A model generated the notes under the pieces. It saw only the letters and a list, made by a program, of their open reading frames with translations. It ran no database searches and was not told the origin of the DNA. Below, piece after piece: positions 18,428 through 28,079 of a stretch of DNA of 64,000 bases (the first letter of the stretch is position 1; the number at the start of each line of letters is the position of its first letter). A program made the translations under genes and the position numbers. Source of the stretch: Calditrichia bacterium (GTDB taxonomy: Bacteria > Calditrichota > Calditrichia > RBG-13-44-9 > J075); contig JBOEGD010000018.1 of NCBI GenBank assembly GCA_050633245.1, positions 1 through 64,000 on the forward strand, written 5' to 3'.

Positions 18428-19368
18428 TGTGATACACCAGACCCTCCCGGAATAAATCCGTATATTCCGAAGTCATAAATGGAGGTAGTCTAATGCATCA
18501 AGAAGTCAAAGATATTCTAAATCAAAGAAGAAAACTGGTAGTTCTGGAGTATGCAAAAGCTATTGGTAATGCTCGCAAGGCCTATACCGAATTTGGAGTA
18601 CCGAGCTCCTCTTTCTATGAGTGGAGAAAAATCTTTGAGCAAGACGGCGAAGCAGGATTTCTACGAAAGAAGCCGGTAGCCAGATCACACCCTAAGAAAA
18701 TTAAACAGCCTGTCATCGATAAGATCGTTCACTTACGGACCGACTACCAACTCGGTTTCAAACGAATCCAATTCTACCTGGAACGCTATCATAGAATCTT
18801 CATTTCTGAGTCGAGCATTACAAGGGCATTGGTCAAGCACAAGATCAATCGACTTCCTAAAACTGCCTCTAAGCGAACCCTTCATACCAAACGATATACC
18901 ATGAAAACACCTGATCACCACGTTCAGGTAGATATTAAATTTCTTAAACTTAGCGACGCTTCCGGCAAGAAGATGAGACGCTTTCAGTATACAGCAATCG
19001 ACGATGCAACTCGTATCAGAGCCTTGAAGATTTACAAAAGACATACACAGCAAAACGCAATTAACTTTATTGATTATGTCGTAGATAGGTTTCCATTTCG
19101 AATTCACACGGTACGAACCGACCGGGGGCATGAGTTTCAGGCAAAATTTCACTGGCATGTAGAAGACCAGGGCATGAGACATGTCTATATTGAACGGGCG
19201 ACACCGCAACTCAATGGCAAAGTAGAAAGATCGCATCGAACGGACGAAGAAGAGTTCTATCATTTCCGTAGACCACATGGGGCATTTAAGGGAAGAACAC
19301 TTGTATGAGAAGCTAAGACCTCTCTTGTTAAAAACGTAAATCATTCCGGGAGGGTCTGCTGTAGCACA
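18428..19368 (+). mobile_element. IS481-family insertion sequence (decayed)
   Basis: 26-bp terminal IRs TGTGATACACCAGACCCTCCCGGAAT (18428-18453) and 19343-19368, 24/26 match, TGT…ACA ends. No clear target duplication. Confidence 0.88.
18493..19340 (+). pseudogene. IS481 DDE transposase with a C-terminal deletion and frameshift
   Basis: HTH N-terminus, VQVDIK, AIDDATR, TDRGHEF, NGKVERSH. 'EEFY' joins directly to 'HFRRPHG', and the 'YEKLR' tail lies in another frame. Confidence 0.75.
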
Positions 19369-19514
19369 AACAATACGTCATCACTCCCCGTCAAATAATC
19401 ACCTTTTCTTGCCACAGTTTGCTCTCAAATGTTTTCCAGGCATAAGACCTAACAACCAATTCAATCAACTCCTTACATTGACTATATTGAACTTAGCTAC
19501 TCCAATATAGTCAA

Positions 19515-19645
19515 GACTTAAAATTCCTCGGTGTGAAACACCGTGCCGGTTTGACAAAACCGCAGGATGGCGGTTTTGCACTGCCCGAACGGGCAGCCCG
19601 CAGGGCGAACAACAAGGAGGTTGTGAGTGAGTCCGGCCCCGGGTA
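19515..19645 (+). pseudogene. 3' fragment of tRNA-Leu(UAA) with a ~76-nt insert in the T-loop (probable att-site remnant)
   Basis: Anticodon loop CTTAAAA, long variable arm CGGTGTGAAACACCG, T-stem GCCGG-TTTGA[insert]GT-CCGGC, acceptor 3' strand CCCGGGTA. The 5' half is absent. Confidence 0.7.
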
Positions 19646-19805
19646 TTTAGTAAAAACAATATTTGGGGCTGATTGGCAAAGCTGCTGATTAGCCTTGTTT
19701 TTTGCTGGTGGTAAAAGAAGTGGTAACAAGCGGATTGCTGAAAGTGATTAGCTGACTGTATGGCGTTAAAAAAATATGGGACGGGGCTAACGATCTTCTA
19801 AGAGA

Positions 19806-19834
19806 TGGTGTTTGATTAGTTTAGTCAAACACCA
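19806..19834. promoter_or_regulatory. Inverted repeat (operator or hairpin)
   Basis: TGGTGTTTGA-N9-TCAAACACCA. Confidence 0.4.
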
Positions 19835-20604
19835 GGCGGCGAATTATGCCTAAGTAATCCAGTCCTGAAAGAAGGGATGTTTAAATCGTCAGAAAAGTCA
19901 TTGATTTATTCGTCACCCGTCTCTTCGATTAAAGACAAGTCACTCCGAGAGATTTTGGCGATTTACATTTAAATGTTGAATTTATATATAGAAATACTTA
20001 TTATTTATCTATCACTCCCCTCCATCTTACAAAGGCGATATATTTAACGCTTTCAAAAACAATATTCTAAAATGTTAATATCACAAACATGCATTAATTT
20101 CGCTTGTTTTGTTTGCAAAAACTTGCGAAAAGTTCTGACTTAGTACGACTCTTGATCCTGCGACTAAGAGTAAGTCTCGATTATATCTTTAAGCTATTTT
20201 ATACGTAAACTATGCAACTATTCATTTTTATGTTATTCAGGGGATGGATATTGTAACATAATAACCATCAAGCATTGTTTGTTTAGCTCGTATACCTGAG
20301 GGCTACAAAGTATGGAATATTACAATTTAGTAAGAAAGACCATAACCTTTAAACCTATATGGCTACTTTCTACTTTGAAGATGAGGAAGCCAAATGTAAC
20401 TGCCGGTTCTCCGGAGGTTTTTGTAGGCTCGATTTTGTAAATAACGGAACCTGTTTTATGAAGTTTGTATGATTCCCATTATAACTGTAACAAACGACAT
20501 TTATTAATTCTTAGCCTGTCTCAATTTGGTATGCAATTCTGTGGTGTTAGTAAGGGCTTCATTTGTTTGCCACTATCTTGTAGGAAAATCTTGGTACTTA
20601 AAAG

Positions 20605-22986
20605 ATGACAACCGAAAAAACACAAATTTTCCTGTCTTATGCACGCGAAGATAAACTTCAGGTAGCCGAGTTCTATAGGAGGTTGTTTGAGTTGGGATTC
20701 AATCCGTGGATGGCTAGTGAAGATCTTTTGCCCGGGAAGGAACAGAAATCAACTATTGCAAAGGCAATAGAGAATTCAACATTTTTTGTTGTTTTCTTAT
20801 CAAATCAATCAGTAATGAAACGTGGATCAGTGCAAGTAGAATTAAAAGAAGCATTGAAAATATTGCAAGAGAAGCTTCCGGAAGATATTTACTTGCTACC
20901 AGTTCGACTAGAACCGTGTGACATTCCGGATTCCCTGGGAGGGTTGCAACATGTTGATCTGTTCGAAGAAGAGGGCTTCGATCGGTTGATCCAGGCTATT
21001 AATTCGGGATTAAGGCCACTCAGTAAGAGTCCAGGAAATAAATCAAGGATTCCAAACAGGGACGAGGGTTCAATGAATAAAGTGTTTATTTGCCATGCGG
21101 ATAAAGACATGGCTTTGGCGAAGGAACTGGCCGATTTTCTCAAAGGAGACATAAAGGTATTTCTTGAAGCAGATAACGATGAAGACCTAACGACCAGAAA
21201 TGAGAAAATTGATAATGCCCTGATTAGCAGTGATTACTTCCTTGTTGTCTTATCCAAATCGGCTCTCGGCTCAGAATCGGTTGCTGAGCAACTGGATATT
21301 GCTCGTAATCTGCATAAAGAGGGAAATATCGATATTCTCGTTTTTTTAAAAGAGAAATGCAATATTCCACCCTTTCTTAAGCGCTTCGAGATAATTAACT
21401 ATATCGGGCGTCCGAAAGAAGCGCTTAAGAGGCTCTCAAGGATGGTAACACAAACCGGCACCGATGATCAATTTGAGTATAATACATCTCATACAAAGCC
21501 GGATCCAAACGATAAGAAGGAAGATGACCGTATTCCTTTCTCCAATCAGGAGAAAGTTATTCCGAAAACACTAAGGCCATACGGCAACCCAATCAGAATT
21601 GTTAATGGCCCACCCGGCTCTGGAAAATCATATCTTCTGAACCAGCTAAGCTCCTTTTTCAGTGATCCATCAAGCATACCGGAAGTTTATAAAGTGAATC
21701 CTATGCCACACCCGGCTCGGTGTATTTTAGTCGAGTCCAATGGGCAATCAATTAGAAAATTAATAAATAAGTTATTCTCTGAGTTTGGAGAAGAGATACC
21801 AGCAGGTAGTAAAGTTGCGTCGCTCGGTCATCAATTTGGTGATATGATCCTTGAAGATCATAGTCGCTCTCAAAGGGAATTCGGATATGCACTCCTTATC
21901 GACCTTAATGGAATACCGAACGATAGATTCCTTGAATCGCTGCGACAGGAATTCCTGCCGAGTTTGTTAGAGTCGCTATGGACAGATGATTTCTTCGCCT
22001 GTGAAGGCCAATACGTCGGCGAATTGATGAAGTTTCATATCATAATTGCAGGAAGCTCCTTATCCCGTTTTACTATGGATACTTGGGTAGATGAAACATG
22101 TAATCTTCATCCCTTTTCAATAGAACACCTGCAAGATACAGCCCAAAAATATCTAAGAGATGGGTTCCGCAAGGAGAGCCTGGACCAGCTTTGTAATCAT
22201 ATTTACCATTTTAGTGGTGGACATACCCGCTGTATGGCAGAAATTTTACGTCTATACAAGAGTGTTCGGGTGGCTTCCCCGAACAGGTTTATCGAGGAAT
22301 ATGGAGTAAAAGTTGAAACTATTGTTACCCATGAAAGGTACGAGCTAAAGCAGAGCTGGCCCGAATATCTTGTAACTCTTATGGAAGCATTATGCGGATA
22401 CAGATATATTAATGAATTTCTTTTGGGTAGATTGATTGAGGAAAATAACCTCAGTCAACATGTTAATGTAGCTAGGCTAATCAAAAGGTTGAAAAAACTA
22501 AATTATCTTATACCCCATAACCGTGACGCACGAGTTCTTGAGGTTCATCATCATCGTATTCTGGGGCACTTACCTAATCAGGATGTCACAAACTCCGTTA
22601 ATGCCAGAAATTCATGTCTTGCTTATTTGCAAGTTACAGACCAGAATCCTCAAGCTATCGAACGGTGGGGAATAGAATATTTGTTCCACTCCCTAAATAT
22701 TAATACACATGACAAAAGTCCTGGGCAGGTTGGGATTTTCAGAAATAACTTTTTTGACTCCGAACTACCAAAGATCCTCGACGTGCTAACAAGTATAAAT
22801 AAAGAATGGCTGACATTGCAGGAAAAGTTAATTGAAATATTGAAATATGATAAAGATTTTCAGTTTTCAATCAATTACAGTCTCGGAAGTTCTACCAGCA
22901 AATCAACTATGTTTAAAACACTCATCGATAAAATAAATATCTATTTTGAAACGAAGAGTAACCGAGGAGGGGATGATGCCGACTAA
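20605..22986 (+). CDS. TIR-TIR-P-loop NTPase (STAND-like) protein
   Basis: TIR1 IFLSYAREDK…FVVFLS…VQVELKEA, TIR2 VFICHADKD…FLVVLSKSA…VAEQL, Walker A GPPGSGKS, 'SGGH' helical-domain motif. Confidence 0.8.
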   Translation: MTTEKTQIFLSYAREDKLQVAEFYRRLFELGFNPWMASEDLLPGKEQKSTIAKAIENSTFFVVFLSNQSVMKRGSVQVELKEALKILQEKLPEDIYLLPVRLEPCDIPDSLGGLQHVDLFEEEGFDRLIQAINSGLRPLSKSPGNKSRIPNRDEGSMNKVFICHADKDMALAKELADFLKGDIKVFLEADNDEDLTTRNEKIDNALISSDYFLVVLSKSALGSESVAEQLDIARNLHKEGNIDILVFLKEKCNIPPFLKRFEIINYIGRPKEALKRLSRMVTQTGTDDQFEYNTSHTKPDPNDKKEDDRIPFSNQEKVIPKTLRPYGNPIRIVNGPPGSGKSYLLNQLSSFFSDPSSIPEVYKVNPMPHPARCILVESNGQSIRKLINKLFSEFGEEIPAGSKVASLGHQFGDMILEDHSRSQREFGYALLIDLNGIPNDRFLESLRQEFLPSLLESLWTDDFFACEGQYVGELMKFHIIIAGSSLSRFTMDTWVDETCNLHPFSIEHLQDTAQKYLRDGFRKESLDQLCNHIYHFSGGHTRCMAEILRLYKSVRVASPNRFIEEYGVKVETIVTHERYELKQSWPEYLVTLMEALCGYRYINEFLLGRLIEENNLSQHVNVARLIKRLKKLNYLIPHNRDARVLEVHHHRILGHLPNQDVTNSVNARNSCLAYLQVTDQNPQAIERWGIEYLFHSLNINTHDKSPGQVGIFRNNFFDSELPKILDVLTSINKEWLTLQEKLIEILKYDKDFQFSINYSLGSSTSKSTMFKTLIDKINIYFETKSNRGGDDAD

Positions 22987-25804
22987 AGTTTCATTTATTG
23001 GACGAGAAACAGAGTTGGAGAAAATTTTATCCTTCGCGGCAGAAGAGAAGACCAGGAAGGTGCTCTTGATTGAGGGGGATGGTGGAATTGGAAAATCTGC
23101 CCTTCTGACAGAGGCACGCGAAAAATGTTTGAATATTGAAGAAGAATATCAGAAACTTTTGGGCAGTGAAATTGAACTGGATGATTTACACATTATAGAT
23201 ATTATCGATTTCGACAATCGACTTAACCATATTCCAGAAGTAGTTAGAAACTTTATTGCTGAGCAGTTAGATGCGAATAGCTTTAAAAACTATTATAAAC
23301 TGCTTGAAGATTTACGCATGATGAAAGCTAAAAAAGTTGAAGGGTTCGAACTACAAGAGAAGGAAAAGGAAGTACGCAGCAGTTTTGTGACAGATTTCAA
23401 TAAATTTAGCCAACAGAATCGTGTCGTTATTTTTTTTGATACCATGGACTCACTTCCTGCAACAACGATATGGGATCGATTAATCGACTTTATATTGGAA
23501 GTGAAAAATGTTCTTTTTGTTTTGGCTGGCAGGAGTAGTATTAAGCTTATTGAACACATCGAACCTCGATTAGGGGATGATGTAGAACGTTTAATACTTC
23601 AGCCAATGTCTGAAAAAGACAGTATGAATTATCTGAATCTGAAGAAACAACAATTACATCTAAATATTCCTGATTCTCTCACCGAAAAACTACTTTATAT
23701 TGCTCGCGGATTGCCAATTATTGTCGATCTTGCTGTTGAATGGCTGGCACGAGGTGTAAGGCTAGACTGGCTGGAAAAAGTCGAGCCGACGCAAACTGAA
23801 AAAATTAATATTCAACAGCTGAAACTGTGGGAAAACCTCTTGGTTAGTCACATTGCGGATTTACACCATCCTATGAATGAGCTCTGCCTTGTTCTTTCAC
23901 GAATATACCCGCTGGATAAAGATGGATTAAGGGTATTCTTCTCAGAGCAGGATTATGATGCTGACCTTCTTTTTGAACAGGCGCAAAACTTTGTCTTCAT
24001 TAAAACAATCTCTGGTAAGTCGCTTACGATATCTCTCCATGATGAGATGCGCAGGATGGTAAGTGAATATGTCTGGCCGGAATATGACCCGGACGGTACG
24101 CAACGAAAATCAGAAAGTAAAATTGCAATATCGTACATTATGGAACAACTTCGTAATACAGAAAATCAACTTGATAAACTTGAGAAGAATCCAACTTCGG
24201 TGTCTCACCCCGCCCTTGTTAGGATAGATCTAGATTCGGAATTGTCGATTCTGAATAAGCAGCTTGTCGAGCATGAAGTTTTTGTAAATCTATTTGAAGA
24301 TTTTGATCGCTATAAAGATGAAAGCAATAAGGCCAGACGAGGCTATGATTTTGTTTTCGCACGCCGTCTTCAGGAGTCGATCGCTTCACTCTATCCATTA
24401 TTCAATAATGAACAACAATATCAGTTCGATTTGCTCAAAGGTCGCCTCCAATACCGCCTTCAGGAAAATAAAAGTGCTCAAAAGCTGTTTAAAAAGCTGC
24501 TCAGACAAAACAAGGATGATGATTATAGAAGAGGTGAAATTTATAATGGGTTGGGTATTTGTGAAATGAACCTCGCCGATTTAAAGAAAGCACTAATGTA
24601 TCAGAAGAAAGCCTTAAAAGTTTTTACAGAAGGAAAATACGAATATCCTATACCTTTTGTAGCAAATCAAATCGGATTAATATATTCAAAGCTGGAGAGG
24701 TGGGAAGAGGCTGTAAAAACATTTCAGAAGGCATTTGATGCCGCAAATAATTTACCGGTAGGTCAGAAGAGGGATTCTGAAACACACAAGAAAAGGATTC
24801 CTCAAGATGAAAAAATGGATTTAATGGCTGGAATTATGAATTATTGGGGATTTGCTAACGCAATGATTGGCCGACGTGATGAAGCATTTGACTATTGTAG
24901 TGAAGCAATTGAAACCTGGAAGATTTTAAAATTACCTCGAAAAATGGCACGGGGTTACGCCTTGCTGGGAGCGGTCCATCGCATTAGAGAGGAATTCGGT
25001 CTGGCTGAAAGTTTTTTGGAAGAAGCCATTAAAGGCATAGAATTACCAAATGATAGCGAGCGCATGGTGCAGGCATATTCTGACCTTGGATTCACGTATC
25101 ATATCATGGGAGTAGATCCGGAACTAGAACAGATTTTAAAGGCGCAATCATTGCTTGATATAGGTGTATCGATCGCTAAGAAATATGATGTCCGCCTGGA
25201 GCTGCCGCTTTTGCAAAGTCGGCTGGCCCGGGTGTACTGGCTTTTTTTCCAGAAGGACCCGGATAATTCAACTGATCCCAAAATCGCCGAATACAAACGC
25301 AAGGCACGTAAAACTAATGAAATCGCCTATGAAGGAGCTGAGAAAAATGGGCATACCTATACAATCGCAAAGTGTATTCTGGGTAGAGCAGAGTTTGATA
25401 TCGAAGACCCGAAAGCCTCAGAAGATAAAATCCCGCAGTACGCTATTCAATTACAAAATGCCCTGAAAAAGTCTCCAAAAAAATATCCGCTATTTGAAGG
25501 CCGGATGGATCGTATTCAGGCAGAAATGTTTTTTAAAAAGAAAGATTTCAATAAGGCAATTCAGTTCTACGCCGATGGCCTTTCAAAAATCAATTTGCAT
25601 GGCGGATACGGCACTTACTCGATTGAAGAAGAATTGAAAAAACTTTCTGCGGAGCTAGCTATGTTGCCTAAAACAGATGCTTTACAAATGATTGTAGAAC
25701 TAAATACGTTCTGGAATAATAATAGCTACAGAAAAACCAATCAACGCTTGATCTCGTGGTGTCGCTCGCAGACTGTGAGAATAAATGCTAGCCAACGAAG
25801 GTGA
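22976..25804 (+). CDS. STAND/AAA_16 ATPase with C-terminal TPRs
   Basis: FIGRETEL, Walker A GDGGIGKS, Walker B IFFDTMD, LAGR, ARGLP, LHDEMR, TPRs. SD GAGGAGG before ATG 22976, overlapping the upstream stop. Confidence 0.85.
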   Translation: MPTKVSFIGRETELEKILSFAAEEKTRKVLLIEGDGGIGKSALLTEAREKCLNIEEEYQKLLGSEIELDDLHIIDIIDFDNRLNHIPEVVRNFIAEQLDANSFKNYYKLLEDLRMMKAKKVEGFELQEKEKEVRSSFVTDFNKFSQQNRVVIFFDTMDSLPATTIWDRLIDFILEVKNVLFVLAGRSSIKLIEHIEPRLGDDVERLILQPMSEKDSMNYLNLKKQQLHLNIPDSLTEKLLYIARGLPIIVDLAVEWLARGVRLDWLEKVEPTQTEKINIQQLKLWENLLVSHIADLHHPMNELCLVLSRIYPLDKDGLRVFFSEQDYDADLLFEQAQNFVFIKTISGKSLTISLHDEMRRMVSEYVWPEYDPDGTQRKSESKIAISYIMEQLRNTENQLDKLEKNPTSVSHPALVRIDLDSELSILNKQLVEHEVFVNLFEDFDRYKDESNKARRGYDFVFARRLQESIASLYPLFNNEQQYQFDLLKGRLQYRLQENKSAQKLFKKLLRQNKDDDYRRGEIYNGLGICEMNLADLKKALMYQKKALKVFTEGKYEYPIPFVANQIGLIYSKLERWEEAVKTFQKAFDAANNLPVGQKRDSETHKKRIPQDEKMDLMAGIMNYWGFANAMIGRRDEAFDYCSEAIETWKILKLPRKMARGYALLGAVHRIREEFGLAESFLEEAIKGIELPNDSERMVQAYSDLGFTYHIMGVDPELEQILKAQSLLDIGVSIAKKYDVRLELPLLQSRLARVYWLFFQKDPDNSTDPKIAEYKRKARKTNEIAYEGAEKNGHTYTIAKCILGRAEFDIEDPKASEDKIPQYAIQLQNALKKSPKKYPLFEGRMDRIQAEMFFKKKDFNKAIQFYADGLSKINLHGGYGTYSIEEELKKLSAELAMLPKTDALQMIVELNTFWNNNSYRKTNQRLISWCRSQTVRINASQRR

Positions 25805-25808
25805 TCTT

Positions 25809-27263
25809 ATGCATTCAGGAATTCGGGTATCAACACAAGAAAAATTGTCAAGAACTGATATTGATTCAGTAGATTGTTCATCTCTAATCGCGACAAATCA
25901 ACGTTCTAATTCAGCTGAAAACCTTGATTGGGACAAGCAGTATGTACGCAATTTTGATTCGCTGGAGTTAGATAACGGTGATGTGGTTTGCTATAATGGG
26001 CAGAATGCCCCTGCCTTGCTTTGCTCCAAGGTCTTTGAAATTCTTACCGCTTTTGAAACTCCATCATCTATTAATCAAATTTTTAAAAGTGATGCCGGGT
26101 CTTTCAGGATAAAAGAGTTCGGGGAAATGGTGGAGAGCTTTATTTCACTCGGTCTTATTTTACCGTTAAACCGAATCGTGCCTAGGCCCAATGAGGTCAT
26201 TGATAAGTTGACGGCATGGCTACATATCACAGATGTTTGTAATCTGAGTTGTAGTTACTGCTATTTGCCTCATAATCCTGTGACGATGTCAATTGCAACG
26301 GGAAAGGGTATAATTGATTCTGTCTTCAGGTCAGCGAGTGAGCAGGGTTTGGAAAAAATCCAGCTAAAATATGCAGGCGGGGAAGCAATGTTGAAGCTTC
26401 CTATCATCTGTGCCTTGCAAAAGTATGCGATGGAATTAGCCGCGAAACATGATGTCCAACTTGAGTCAGTTGTGCTAAGTAATGGGACCCTGATTAATTC
26501 ATCGGTTATTGAGGAGCTCAAGAAGTTAAATTTGCACATAACTATTTCACTTGATGGATTAGGGCCCCTTCATGATCAACAACGTCATCATGCTAATGGA
26601 AAGGGATCATTCGCAAAAGTTGTTGATGGTATTGCACTATTAGTTGCGCATGGAATAAAGCCTTTCATTGCAGTCACCATCAGTAGCAATAACGTCGATG
26701 GGCTGGCCGAACTGACAGAGTGGTTACTCAGACATGACCTGCCATTTAAGTTTAGTCTTTATCGTGACAATGCATTTGCAAAATCAACTCATGAGCTGAT
26801 GCTTGATGAAAAGAAAATTATTGCTGGCCTACGTGCTGCTTATAAAGTGATTGAACTGAACCTGCCTAAAAAGTGTTTGCTGAACTCTTTGCTTGATCGG
26901 TCAAGCTTATCAGAACCACAATTAAGGTCGTGTGGAGCAGGCGAAAACTATATGGTTTTTGATTACAAGGGCAACGTATCCAAATGCCAGATGCAAATGA
27001 ACGTCTCTGTCACAGATTTTCGTAGCCGAGATCTACTTGAAGAACTTCAGAGTTCTGAAAAGGGTGTGATCAACTTAAGCGTCGATGAACGAGAAGGATG
27101 TCGCGATTGTAAGTGGAAATATTGGTGTGGTGGTGGGTGCCCTGCACTTACTTACCGTGCTACGGGCCGATACGATATAAAGTCTCCCAATTGTAATATT
27201 TATAAAGCATTATATCCTGAAGTGGTACGGCTAGAAGGTCTTAGGTTGCAACTTTTCTCTTAA
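25809..27263 (+). CDS. Radical SAM/SPASM-domain protein
   Basis: CNLSCSYC, GGE, SNGT, ISLDG, SPASM CGAG…C…CRDCKWKYWCGGGC…C. SD AAGGTGAT. Confidence 0.92.
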   Translation: MHSGIRVSTQEKLSRTDIDSVDCSSLIATNQRSNSAENLDWDKQYVRNFDSLELDNGDVVCYNGQNAPALLCSKVFEILTAFETPSSINQIFKSDAGSFRIKEFGEMVESFISLGLILPLNRIVPRPNEVIDKLTAWLHITDVCNLSCSYCYLPHNPVTMSIATGKGIIDSVFRSASEQGLEKIQLKYAGGEAMLKLPIICALQKYAMELAAKHDVQLESVVLSNGTLINSSVIEELKKLNLHITISLDGLGPLHDQQRHHANGKGSFAKVVDGIALLVAHGIKPFIAVTISSNNVDGLAELTEWLLRHDLPFKFSLYRDNAFAKSTHELMLDEKKIIAGLRAAYKVIELNLPKKCLLNSLLDRSSLSEPQLRSCGAGENYMVFDYKGNVSKCQMQMNVSVTDFRSRDLLEELQSSEKGVINLSVDEREGCRDCKWKYWCGGGCPALTYRATGRYDIKSPNCNIYKALYPEVVRLEGLRLQLFS

Positions 27264-27477
27264 TCATTATTAGATATCTACATGGGTATAGTGAATTTCA
27301 AGGCTGGTGGTCGGATTCAGCCTTAGGTGCGAACTTTAGAGCATAAGATGCAGATATAAATGATGCTCGGGTAATCCCCCGAAAAATAGTGTTATCGAAA
27401 AGTAGAATTTCCTTGTATTATTTACCAAGGAGATTCGTTCTGAAAAAGTCCCGATTTATTGGCTATACAGAGTTAGT

Positions 27478-27948
27478 TTACTTTTTTTGATCGATCTGCT
27501 TTCGCATTTCTGCACGACGCTCTTCGGCAATTTCTTTCCACATCTTTAGTTGCTCCTTTGAAAGAACTTCCTTGAGCTTTTTTTCTGCAACCTTATCTAC
27601 CTTTAACATGGCGCTGCGTAAGCTAAGCTTTTTGCGAAAGCTGAGATTGCGAATTTCTCCCGGATCTGCCGGGTCGATGCCATATTTGGCGAGGACAGCA
27701 ATCCGATTTTTACCACTCTCTTCGATTATGGGCCGGAAAGCCTTGCTTTGTTCGTCCGTTAGCTGTAGATGGTCTTCGGTTTTCTTAAGCTTGACCTGCA
27801 TCTCTTCTTTTAATTCAGAGCTGATTTCTTGATGCTTCTCTCCCTTTACATCCGCTGTGTTATCCTGAGCATGTAGAGGTGAGATGTGCATTAATAGCAG
27901 GATGATAAACACACCGGAGAGTTGAGTGCGGATTGTTCTGTGGGTCAT
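27478..27948 (-). CDS. Secreted helical hypothetical protein (Spy/CpxP-like LTxEQ motifs)
   Basis: Signal peptide LHA|QD, LQLTDEQ and VLSKEQ motifs. Confidence 0.65.
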   Translation of the reverse strand: MTHRTIRTQLSGVFIILLLMHISPLHAQDNTADVKGEKHQEISSELKEEMQVKLKKTEDHLQLTDEQSKAFRPIIEESGKNRIAVLAKYGIDPADPGEIRNLSFRKKLSLRSAMLKVDKVAEKKLKEVLSKEQLKMWKEIAEERRAEMRKQIDQKK

Positions 27949-28079
27949 ACTTGTGATCCTTTTTGGTTGTTTGTTTAAGAAGCTGTGAAAAAGATAAGTG
28001 GTATAGACAGGTAAAATGTCCGTCAGAATGTATTTGGATGTCCGGAAACACGAATCAGGACAGGATGCGGAATAGGGAG

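Noticed and set aside
18733-19344. 203-aa minus-strand ORF in the IS, and similar nested antisense ORFs across the window
   Set aside because: They fully overlap well-supported genes on the other strand and carry no motifs.
19515-19645. Functional tRNA-Leu gene
   Set aside because: The acceptor 5' strand and D-arm are missing and the T-loop is interrupted.
19465-19729. ORFs 19465-19659 and 19511-19729
   Set aside because: They are antisense to the tRNA fragment and hairpins and have no protein features.
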